Of a stretch of DNA of 48,046 nucleotides, positions 1 through 7,331 are shown in pieces. Below the pieces are notes generated by a model. It was not told where the DNA came from, made no database searches, and saw only the letters and a list, made by a program, of their open reading frames with translations. The stretch covers positions 1-48,046 of the forward strand of contig JAGVYO010000006.1 in the NCBI GenBank assembly GCA_018303225.1, written 5' to 3'. Source of the stretch: Candidatus Woesearchaeota archaeon. Its GTDB lineage: Archaea; Nanobdellota; Nanobdellia; Woesearchaeales; JAGVYO01. The first letter of the stretch is position 1, and the number at the start of each line of letters is the position of its first letter. The translations under genes and the position numbers were made by a program.

Positions 1-2201
1 CGCTGGCAGATGCCCTGGATGACGACCCGTTTCTTCGGATCCACATAATGCGACGTCCGGAAGAAGTACGCAGGCAGTAATTTCCTCAGTTCCTCATCAC
101 TGGCATGGAGCACCTTTTCCGTAAGCCCTTTCTGGTCGAGATAGGCCTGCACTGTGGAATGGAACACCTTGAAGCGCTGGTTGCCGAACGACTCAGAGCG
201 GCGCGTATAGTAAAGGGCAAATATGGGCTCGATGCCGCCGCTGACTCCGATATAATGCCGGCCCTCATGAATATAGCCCAACACAATATTTGAGATCGTT
301 CCCGTCGGCGCAATGGACAAGAGGGCAATATTGCGCAACCCTTTCTGCTCTACCAATTGCTGCGTTGCGGGCTCGAGCATCTCCCGGAAAAATGCCCCTT
401 TTGAATATTTCTCAAAGTCAAACACCGGCGAAGAGCCTTTCTCTTCGGCCAATAAAGCAGAAGCCTCGTACGTCACGTTGGCGATGAATTTCCCGATCCT
501 CTCCATCAGCTGGATGCCTTCCTCGCTGTCGTACCCGATGCCCAATTGGTTGAGCATGTCCGCAATGCCCATGTATCCCAATCCCAAGCGCCGGGTCTCC
601 TTGGCGGCCTTGCGCTGCTTCTCCAGCGGGTTTAATGATTCGTTCCAGATCACCACATTGTCTAAAAACCGGGTCAATAAGATCGTAGTTTCGCGCAGCG
701 CATCCCAGTCTATAGAGGCATTCTCGCTATAGCCGTTGTTCACAAAACGGGACAGGTTGACAGAGCCCAGATTGCACGCGCCGCCATCTTCCAACGGAAC
801 TTCGCCGCACGGGTTCGTGGAGCAGATCGGCTTCCCCACATAATTCGAGGGCGAGTATTTGCGCATGGTGCTCCAGAAAATCAAACCCGGCTCTGCGGTT
901 TTATAATTTCCGTCGATGAACAGGTTCCAGATGTCGCGCGCCTTCACCATCCGCTTGAATTCGCCGGTTTCCGCAGAGTCGTAGTACAGCATGAAGTCCC
1001 CGGCGCGGTGGATCGCAAAGTCATACTCTTCCGTGGGCATCGGCACGATGAAATCGCCGAACGCATCCCTCTCCAGGGCATCGTTGAAGCGCTGGCTGTC
1101 CAGCGCTGCACCGATCTTCTGCTTCAGGAAATAGGCCAGCTCGGTCTCGTCTTCAAAGGCCTTGAAGAACTCGTAATGCTCCAATGCCTTGGACGGGATG
1201 CCGAACGAGAAATGCTCGGTCTGCAGCGCGTCTACGCCGTTGAATTTCTTATAGACCAGGATCTTTTCGGTCCCGTAGTCGTTCTGCTCTTTCACGGCCT
1301 GCATGAACTCATCCGAAACTTTTAAGCTGATATTCGCGAACCTGACCTGGGTGTTTTCACGCACCTGCTGTTCAATCTCCTTCAATTGCTTCTCATCAAA
1401 CTTGTTGGACCATTTGCACTGTTCCACGATCTGCTTCGTGACCCAGTTCGGGACTTTCTTGACATTGATGAAGTGCTGCGCATCCGGATGCTTCACGTCC
1501 AGCGTAATCATCAATGCACCGCGACGGCCGGATTGCCCAATCAATCCCGTAGTCAACGAATAAATCTCCATGAAAGAGACCGCGCCCGTAGACTTGTCAG
1601 CGGCATTGTGCACCACAGAATCCCGGGGCCGCAACCCGGAAATATCGACGCCAATCCCCCCGCCATACGAATACGTTCGGGCGCAGTCATAGGCTGCCTT
1701 GTAGATGGATTCGATGTTGTCTTCCGCGATCAGCGTGACGAAGCAATTGGCCAAGGTCTTCAGACGGTAGAGATCACCGGCTCCTGCGATGACGCGCCCG
1801 CCGGGCAAAAACGACCCGCGGTAGAGGCTCTTGTAGAAATCAACAGCCCATTGTTCCTGCTTCGCGTCGGTCTCTTCGACAGCGGCCACATAGGCTGCCA
1901 ATCGTGCGAACACATCCTCGGGCCTTTTTTCAATAGGCGCCCCTTCCAGATTCTTGAGAAAATACTTGTTGGTGTAGATGCTGGTGGCCAGCTCGCTGTT
2001 GCCGAGATAATTGTTCGCGGGATGCACCGGCAGTTCGCCCCTGGCCTGCATCTCGCGCAGCTTGAAGAGGAGTCTTTTGTATGCCTGGATACGGGAAGGA
2101 TCCACCAGCTTGGAAAGCTTGCTTTTGTGCTCAAACATCTGCTGCAGCGTCTCGTCCGATATCGCTGCTTTTAACCCCGATCCCCGCTCCTCTTTCTTCA
2201 T
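1..2201 (-). CDS. nrdJ: Ribonucleotide reductase catalytic subunit, class II (B12-dependent) type; N-terminal ~733 codons, runs off left edge
   Basis: Absent from the ORF track because no stop lies inside the window. Minus-strand translation from ATG (2201..2199) reads MKKEERGSGLKAAISDETLQQMFEHKSKLS... and stays open to position 1. It contains TNPCGEVPLEDGGACNLGSVNL and LLSIAPTGTIS, which I recognise as RNR active-site motifs. No N-terminal ATP-cone. Confidence 0.85.
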   Translation of the reverse strand, partial: MKKEERGSGLKAAISDETLQQMFEHKSKLSKLVDPSRIQAYKRLLFKLREMQARGELPVHPANNYLGNSELATSIYTNKYFLKNLEGAPIEKRPEDVFARLAAYVAAVEETDAKQEQWAVDFYKSLYRGSFLPGGRVIAGAGDLYRLKTLANCFVTLIAEDNIESIYKAAYDCARTYSYGGGIGVDISGLRPRDSVVHNAADKSTGAVSFMEIYSLTTGLIGQSGRRGALMITLDVKHPDAQHFINVKKVPNWVTKQIVEQCKWSNKFDEKQLKEIEQQVRENTQVRFANISLKVSDEFMQAVKEQNDYGTEKILVYKKFNGVDALQTEHFSFGIPSKALEHYEFFKAFEDETELAYFLKQKIGAALDSQRFNDALERDAFGDFIVPMPTEEYDFAIHRAGDFMLYYDSAETGEFKRMVKARDIWNLFIDGNYKTAEPGLIFWSTMRKYSPSNYVGKPICSTNPCGEVPLEDGGACNLGSVNLSRFVNNGYSENASIDWDALRETTILLTRFLDNVVIWNESLNPLEKQRKAAKETRRLGLGYMGIADMLNQLGIGYDSEEGIQLMERIGKFIANVTYEASALLAEEKGSSPVFDFEKYSKGAFFREMLEPATQQLVEQKGLRNIALLSIAPTGTISNIVLGYIHEGRHYIGVSGGIEPIFALYYTRRSESFGNQRFKVFHSTVQAYLDQKGLTEKVLHASDEELRKLLPAYFFRTSHYVDPKKRVVIQGICQ

Positions 2202-2227
2202 CTAACCATCCCACCTCTTTAAGGTAT

Positions 2228-2680
2228 TTAATGCCTGGCCAGCTTCTGCAGCTCCTTCTGGAAGGAGCGCAGGTCCGCAAATTCCCTGTAGACAGAAGCA
2301 AACCGGATATAGGAAACCTTGTCGATGCTTTTAAGCTTGCTCATGACCAGCTCGCCGATGATGCGGCTCTCCACTTCCGTGCTGTCCCGGTTGCGCAGCT
2401 CAATCTCCACCTCATCCACAATCCGCTCGATCTGCTGCTGCGAGACAGGCCGCTTTTCGCACGCCCGAAGGATGCCCTGGAACAGCTTGTTCCGGTTGAA
2501 CCGTTCTCTTGTACGGTCTTTCTTGATCACCATCAGCTCCACCATCTCCACACGCTCGTACGTGGTGAAGCGTTTTCTGCATTTCAGGCACTCCCGCCTT
2601 CGCCGGGTGGAGAAGGAATCCGTGGTCTCGCGCTTATCCAGGACCCTCGTGTCAGAATGGCTGCAGTAAGGGCATAGCAT
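2228..2680 (-). CDS. nrdR: NrdR-type repressor (zinc ribbon + ATP-cone)
   Basis: Track ORF 2228..2716. I prefer the internal ATG at 2680, giving MLCPYCSHSDTRVLDKRE..., with CPYC and CLKC zinc-ribbon pairs followed by an ATP-cone-like VIKKDRTRERFNRNKLFQGILRA. Stop lies 26 nt upstream of the RNR start on the same strand. Confidence 0.85.
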   Translation of the reverse strand: MLCPYCSHSDTRVLDKRETTDSFSTRRRRECLKCRKRFTTYERVEMVELMVIKKDRTRERFNRNKLFQGILRACEKRPVSQQQIERIVDEVEIELRNRDSTEVESRIIGELVMSKLKSIDKVSYIRFASVYREFADLRSFQKELQKLARH

Positions 2681-2695
2681 GCGCGGTTCCTCCGG

Positions 2696-2755
2696 TATAT
2701 TGTGTCTGGTCAGCAAAACACATACAACAGGTTGTGGTGTCGCTGATATTTAAAT
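2696..2755 (-). promoter_or_regulatory. Candidate nrdR-RNR promoter and operator
   Basis: In gene sense: TATA-like TTTAAATA (within 2746..2755), then ACACCACAACCTGTTGTATGTGT (2718..2740; arms ACAAC/GTTGT inside ACAC/GTGT), then ACACAATATA (2696..2705), which matches the left half of the NrdR-box consensus as I recall it. Confidence 0.3.
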
Positions 2756-2912
2756 CTATCTTTTTTACGATGAATCCCCACCACCCATGGTAGAACAGCA
2801 ACAAAAAAAACACAAACTATCGGATTCTTTCTCCGTGCAACTTCTATTTAAGCATTTCTGTTATAAAATATATAATCGGGTTACCTGCCATATGGAAAAG
2901 ATGTAAATATAA

Positions 2913-2952
2913 CAGAAGACCTAAGTTTTTAATAATATTGTTAGGTCTTCTG
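2913..2952. repeat. Perfect 12-bp-stem hairpin
   Basis: CAGAAGACCTAA (2913..2924) and TTAGGTCTTCTG (2941..2952) are exact reverse complements with a 16-nt AT-rich loop. The AAGACCTAAG core resembles the CAAGACC-TTAG junction of family B repeats. Confidence 0.7.
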
Positions 2953-2955
2953 AAT

Positions 2956-3000
2956 ATAATGGGGCCCATTCAAATATTAATCATTCATGTCCCCCATTAT
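2956..3000. repeat. 9-bp inverted repeat
   Basis: ATAATGGGG (2956..2964) and CCCCATTAT (2992..3000), separated by a 27-nt spacer. Confidence 0.6.
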
Positions 3001-3031
3001 AGAAGCAAAAAAGAAACGAATTCCTAAAAAT

Positions 3032-3176
3032 GTCAGAATTTTCCATCCAGTCTTTGACTGGTGGCACAAACTTCCTGTGCCAAAGTTCAGAAAATTCTGA
3101 GCATGCTCAAAAACCACATGAAGCAGACTAGCTCTGCTACAAGCACACTACCCATCTGTGATGGGTGGTTTTTGAC
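3032..3176. repeat. Twin-hairpin (TH) module, expanded copy
   Basis: GTCA-GAATTTTCC[45 nt]GAAAATTC-TGAGCATGCTCA(3098..3109)-AAAACCA[50 nt]GGTTTTT-GAC. Both long loops contain sub-hairpins (CCAGTC/GACTGG, TGGCACA/TGTGCCA, GCAGA/TCTGC, ACCCATC/GATGGGT). Confidence 0.75.
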
Positions 3177-3254
3177 AGGTTTAGGCAGAAATATATTAAA
3201 AATCTGAGAATTAAGATTATTTTTATATAGGTGGAATGGCTCCAAGAGTACATC

Positions 3255-3575
3255 ATGGAAAAAACCGCCTTTTTGGAAATCTTCGGCGACAGCCCAATCC
3301 TAAGGGCATTGGACTTTTTGATAGTTACTGAAGACTTTGATTATAGCATGACAGATATCGCCCATCTTTCCGGTGTTGGCTATTCTACATTAAAATTGTT
3401 TTGGGCTAAGCTAGAGGAAAGCAGGATAGTAAGCCAAACCCGAATAGTGGGGAAAGCCAAGATGTACAAGCTGAATCTTGCCAATCCTATTGTCAAGAAA
3501 TTCAGGGATTTCTATTGGGAAACCACGAAGAGAAGCATTAGAGAAGGGGTAAAGGAAAGTCTCGTAACTGCTTAG
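3255..3575 (+). CDS. Winged-helix DNA-binding protein (hypothetical regulator)
   Basis: Track ORF 3231..3575 starts at GTG. ATG at 3255 gives MEKTAFLEIFGDSPILRALDFL... The segment MTDIAHLSGVGYSTLKLFWAKLEESRIV..GKAKMYKLN looks like an HTH plus wing. Lower GC than flanks. Confidence 0.5.
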   Translation: MEKTAFLEIFGDSPILRALDFLIVTEDFDYSMTDIAHLSGVGYSTLKLFWAKLEESRIVSQTRIVGKAKMYKLNLANPIVKKFRDFYWETTKRSIREGVKESLVTA

Positions 3576-3679
3576 CCAATTTCTTTCCCTTCATCGCCAT
3601 CCGGAAACAATGGGCAATAACCAAAAAGCTTATATATTAGTTATACTATCTAGTTAACTATTAACTGAGGTGTTATACA

Positions 3680-3907
3680 ATGATTGCCTGCAAAACCAAG
3701 CGGTGGGGAAACTCCATAGGGATCATCCTGCCGAAAGAGGTAGTCCGGGAAAAGAACATCAAACCCGAGGAAGAGATTCTGCTGGATATTGTGGAGAAGC
3801 GCACGGTATTGCGGGAACTCTTCGGGGCGCTGCGATTCAAGAAATCCACGCCTGCGCTTTTGAGCGAATCCAGAAAGAGCTTGTCGAGCAAGTTTGAGGC
3901 GCCATGA
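3680..3907 (+). CDS. AbrB/SpoVT-fold antitoxin (VapB-like)
   Basis: KRWGNSIGIILPKEVV swapped-hairpin motif. Stop overlaps the PIN gene start (ATGA at 3904..3907). Confidence 0.75.
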   Translation: MIACKTKRWGNSIGIILPKEVVREKNIKPEEEILLDIVEKRTVLRELFGALRFKKSTPALLSESRKSLSSKFEAP

Positions 3908-4263
3908 AATGCCTGGATACGTATGCACTGGTTGAGATTTCAAGGGGGAATCCAAGCTTTTCAAAGTACGAAGCCGAAGCGTTTCTGATCACGGACGTGA
4001 TCCTTGCGGAATTCTATGGGATTGTCCTCAGGGAGCACGACGAGCGCACGGCTGACTACTGGTTCCGCCGGCTGGCCGCCTACAGCAAGCCCATGAGCAA
4101 AGAACTGCTGGTGGAGTCCGTGAAATACCGGTGCAAGCACCGCGCCAAACGGCTGTCGTTTTTTGATTGCGCCGGATACATATTTGCCCGGAGCCAAAGA
4201 ATACCGTTTGTCACGGGCGACAAAGAGTTTCGGGATGTGGAAGGCGTCGAGTTTGTGAAGTGA
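3904..4263 (+). CDS. vapC: PIN-domain toxin (VapC-like)
   Basis: MKCLDTYALVEI (N-terminal Asp), FFDCAGYIFA and VTGDKEF acidic positions typical of PIN. Translationally coupled to the upstream AbrB-like gene. Confidence 0.8.
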   Translation: MKCLDTYALVEISRGNPSFSKYEAEAFLITDVILAEFYGIVLREHDERTADYWFRRLAAYSKPMSKELLVESVKYRCKHRAKRLSFFDCAGYIFARSQRIPFVTGDKEFRDVEGVEFVK

Positions 4264-4276
4264 CGGCTACGGCAAT

Positions 4277-4411
4277 GTTTTTCTAAGGTCTTCGAATTCA
4301 AAAACCTTACGAAAAACAACGTTTTTCTAAGGTCTTGGAATCAAGAAGATTCCAAAAACCCAACGAAAGCAAAGCTTTCTGGGGTCTTTGAATTCTTCGA
4401 ATTCAAAAACC
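4277..4411 (-). repeat. Family B hairpin-repeat element (copy B1)
   Basis: Reverse complement reads GGTTTTTGAATTC-GAA-GAATTCAAAGACC, then CCAGAAAGCTTTGCTTTCGTTG, then GGTTTTTGGAATC-TTCTT-GATTCCAAGACC, then TTAGAAAAACGTTGTTTTTCGTAA, then a half unit. Collinear with copy B2. Confidence 0.8.
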
Positions 4412-4444
4412 TTTTAAAGGGGCGATTAATTCCTATTCAATCTT

Positions 4445-5296
4445 ATGGCAAAGCAATCCGTACAGGTTCTCGTAAGCGGAGGCCAGGCGACCGCCGCACC
4501 GCCGTTAGGCCCGGCCCTGGGCCCCATGGGCGTGAACATCGGCCAGGTTGTGGGAGATATCAACAAGAAGACCGCCAGCTTTGCCGGCATGCAGGTCCCT
4601 GTCAAAGTCATCGTGGATTCTTCCACCAGGACGTTCGAGATTGAGATCGGTACGCCGCCGGCATCGGCCTTGTTGAAAAAGGAAGCCGGCATTGAGAAAG
4701 GCTCCGGCAATCCGAAAGCAGACAAGGTAGCGGACGTCCTTATCGAGCAGATCATCAAGGTCGCCAAGATGAAAGAGGGCAACCTTCTGGGAAAGACATT
4801 AAAAGAAAAGGTCAAGGAGATCATCGGCACGTGCAATTCCATGGGCATCCTCGTAGAAGGCGTTACGGCCGTAGAAGCCATAAAGCAGGTCAATGAAGGC
4901 AAGTTCGATACGGAAATCAAATCCGAGAAGACCGAATTAACCGCCGAAGAGAAGAAGAAGGTGGAAGAGGAGCGGAAGAGACTGGCCGAAGAGATCCAGA
5001 AGCGCCGTGCCGAGTTCGAAAAGACCGCCAAGGACATCATCGCAGCCATGGCCGGCAAGGAACGCGGAGATATCAAGGCGAAACTGCACGAAGCGGGAAT
5101 CCCCGAAATCATGATCAAGGAGTTGTTACCGGTAGAAGGAGCAGCCGCTGCCGAAGGCGCTGCACCCGGCGCAGCTGGTGCTGGTGCGAAACCGGCCCCA
5201 GGAGCAAAACCCGCTGCGGGTGCGAAACCGGCCGAAGGCGCCAAGGCCGAAGCGCCCAAGAAAGAGGAGAAGAAAGCATCCAAGGAGAAGAAATGA
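4445..5296 (+). CDS. rpl11: Ribosomal protein L11 with ~125-aa C-terminal extension
   Basis: VLVSGGQATAAPPLGPALGPMGVNIGQVV and TPPASALLKKEAG are L11 signatures. After about residue 155 comes a KE-rich helix and an AAPGAAGAGAKPAPGAKPAAGAKPAEGAKAEAPKKEEKK tail. Confidence 0.9.
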   Translation: MAKQSVQVLVSGGQATAAPPLGPALGPMGVNIGQVVGDINKKTASFAGMQVPVKVIVDSSTRTFEIEIGTPPASALLKKEAGIEKGSGNPKADKVADVLIEQIIKVAKMKEGNLLGKTLKEKVKEIIGTCNSMGILVEGVTAVEAIKQVNEGKFDTEIKSEKTELTAEEKKKVEEERKRLAEEIQKRRAEFEKTAKDIIAAMAGKERGDIKAKLHEAGIPEIMIKELLPVEGAAAAEGAAPGAAGAGAKPAPGAKPAAGAKPAEGAKAEAPKKEEKKASKEKK

Positions 5297-5397
5297 GCAG
5301 AATAGTTTATTTTTCAGGCAGCATGCATCATCATCGTTAGTTCTACCCATCATTTATTACATCCATCCAAAAAGAGGTGTCGAGAGGGGGCTATAAA

Positions 5398-5718
5398 ATG
5401 AATCAAAATGGACTCAAAAGCAATGGAAAAGTGCCCGCGAAGGTAAACGATCCTATGTTAAGGGAGGTATTGGAAAAAATTATGGGCGATCCAAAATTAG
5501 AGGGCATCACAATTGAAATTGGCGAAACAGTACGGAGCCACCCAAGCACCCGAGCGTGTTTTGAAGTGGTGAAGAACCACGAGGGAACCCTGGAAACCGT
5601 CGCTGAGGGAGGTATTGGTGGATGTGATCATCGGAGAGTAACTTTCAGAACGGCAAATAGCAGTTACACACCAAAAGATGTTTTGGCCTATCTCAGAGAG
5701 CACTATACGGTGTATTGA
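5398..5718 (+). CDS. Hypothetical protein
   Basis: Track ORF 5377..5718 (GTG). ATG at 5398 follows GAGAGGGGG. No family recognised. Confidence 0.4.
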   Translation: MNQNGLKSNGKVPAKVNDPMLREVLEKIMGDPKLEGITIEIGETVRSHPSTRACFEVVKNHEGTLETVAEGGIGGCDHRRVTFRTANSSYTPKDVLAYLREHYTVY

Positions 5719-5870
5719 CCAAAACATTAATATACTTCTTTCTTTTTTTATTCTTTATGCAATCAATCATGTGTTGTTGCTGATTTCTCCATCGGTTAGT
5801 GTTTAAACTGTTTTTCTGCAGGCCCTTTGTTTTCAGGCTTCTATACATTTCCACAAGGAGGTCATTCACA

Positions 5871-6131
5871 ATGGAGCAATCATCTGAAAAGAAAGACAGC
5901 CGTTTCCGTTCGGCCATAAAGGCATTCTCCTATAGGGTCGTATCCACTTTGATGACGACGGGTGCAGTATTCGCCCTCACTGGAAAAGGGGCCCTGGCTC
6001 TGCAGATTGGGGGCTTCGAGGCCGTCTCGAAGCTGGTCCTGTATTACCTGCACGAGCGGGCATGGAACAGGAAATCATGGAGAAAGAAAATGTCAACGAT
6101 GAAAGCAGGGCATATACAAACAGCCGGGTAA
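5871..6131 (+). CDS. DUF2061-like small membrane protein
   Basis: Internal ATG at 5871 of track ORF 5799..6131. RSAIKAFSYRVVSTLMTTGAVFALTG...KLVLYYLHERAWN matches my memory of the DUF2061 pattern (..YY.HER.W). Confidence 0.55.
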   Translation: MEQSSEKKDSRFRSAIKAFSYRVVSTLMTTGAVFALTGKGALALQIGGFEAVSKLVLYYLHERAWNRKSWRKKMSTMKAGHIQTAG

Positions 6132-6141
6132 GGGGTTAAAA

Positions 6142-6522
6142 ATGGCAGGTTATCAAGCACCAAACAACCAGACAATCAAAGGAGAGAAACCAGTTGGAAG
6201 ATTAGGGGGTGAATTGGAGAAACTGGTGGGCGGATTTAGTTTCATTAAAAGCATCGTGGTAGAGAGTGGAAGAAAAGGGGGCATGTATACCCCGCACCCG
6301 CGCATCATTTACAAAATGGATACTGCTACAGGCCTCTTGGCGCGCGGCTATGGCGGAAAAGGCACCCAGGGGTACCAGCCGCTGAACATTATCGTGAGCA
6401 CCAACGGCACCAATGGAGAAATAAGGCAACATGAGGTTTCTGAAGAGGATCGCCAAACGATCTTCCGTGATCGGGTAGGGGAGGTAAAGGAATATCTGAA
6501 AAGAACCTATGGAGAGAAATAA
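6142..6522 (+). CDS. Hypothetical protein
   Basis: 126-aa ORF with no recognised family. Weak resemblance to the 5398..5718 product (LEKxxG-x6-IxxExG). Confidence 0.4.
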   Translation: MAGYQAPNNQTIKGEKPVGRLGGELEKLVGGFSFIKSIVVESGRKGGMYTPHPRIIYKMDTATGLLARGYGGKGTQGYQPLNIIVSTNGTNGEIRQHEVSEEDRQTIFRDRVGEVKEYLKRTYGEK

Positions 6523-7331
6523 CCTATCTTGTCCGTCCGCTCAAACGGGATATTCAGCTCGTTCAATAAATCAATAATCCGCTGCTTCTCTTTTCCCATT
6601 CCTTTCCAGTCCAAGAGAACAAAATCAGTTTTCTCTTTGATCTTTTCAATGCCCTGCTGCAGCATCTCTTTGTCCAGCTTTTCCAGGTGGTATTTCGGGC
6701 AGATGTGGCCCAAAGCAATGTCCGTCCGTTCCATCACCTTGTTGAACGTGGGACAGTAATGCAGGCCGCCCAACCCTAAAGCGATTTTATATTTCTTTCC
6801 GGAATCATTTTGCAGCGCATGCATAATCGTCTTCGCAATGATTTCACCGGCCTCTTTATTCTGCCACTGTTCTTCATTGCTCCCAATCTCGATGAAAAAG
6901 CACGGTTTGCCCACAACCGGCCCGTGATGCGTCGCTTCCAGGGTGATCTCATAATCCAGATGCGCCGCCAACTCCTTCAGTTTCAGGAATGCATTTTTCA
7001 GATAGACCGCGGACGAAACGCAGAGCGTCCGGTCTTTCCCGCCGAAATCCGCTTTGTTCCAGTTGCCGGGCGCATGGCACGACAGGGAATGCACGCCCTC
7101 CTTGCTCTGGTGCTTGGTGGCAAAAACAAATAAATCGGCATCAATCTTTTTATCAACATTCTCTAAGTAAATCGATTCGGTTTCTGCGGTGTAGAGAAGG
7201 ATATCCTTGAATTCAAAGACGGGATTAGTCTCGAATTTTTCCGTGGTCTCCTTGAAATCAAACAAGGAAAGCAACTGCTCTCGGATATTCATCCCGGCTG
7301 CATCTTTTTTGGAGGCAATGATCGCTTTCAT
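6507..7331 (-). CDS. dtdA: D-aminoacyl-tRNA deacylase, archaeal type
   Basis: Internal ATG at 7331 gives MKAIIASKKDAAGMNIREQL... SLSCHAPGNWNKADFGGK and TLEATHHGP fit the DTD2/tRNA_deacylase family as I recall it. Start overlaps the mutY stop (ATGA). Confidence 0.75.
   Translation of the reverse strand: MKAIIASKKDAAGMNIREQLLSLFDFKETTEKFETNPVFEFKDILLYTAETESIYLENVDKKIDADLFVFATKHQSKEGVHSLSCHAPGNWNKADFGGKDRTLCVSSAVYLKNAFLKLKELAAHLDYEITLEATHHGPVVGKPCFFIEIGSNEEQWQNKEAGEIIAKTIMHALQNDSGKKYKIALGLGGLHYCPTFNKVMERTDIALGHICPKYHLEKLDKEMLQQGIEKIKEKTDFVLLDWKGMGKEKQRIIDLLNELNIPFERTDKIGYFSP

Noticed and set aside
1008-2677. Plus-strand ORFs (1008..1325, 1386..2174, 2081..2677 and others) listed across the RNR and nrdR region
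   Set aside because: The minus strand carries an uninterrupted RNR reading frame (1..2201) and nrdR with strong motifs. The plus-strand ORFs are shadow frames.
4426-5283. 285-aa minus-strand ORF antisense to L11
   Set aside because: The plus frame is an unmistakable L11. The antisense product is Ala/Ser/Phe-rich nonsense.
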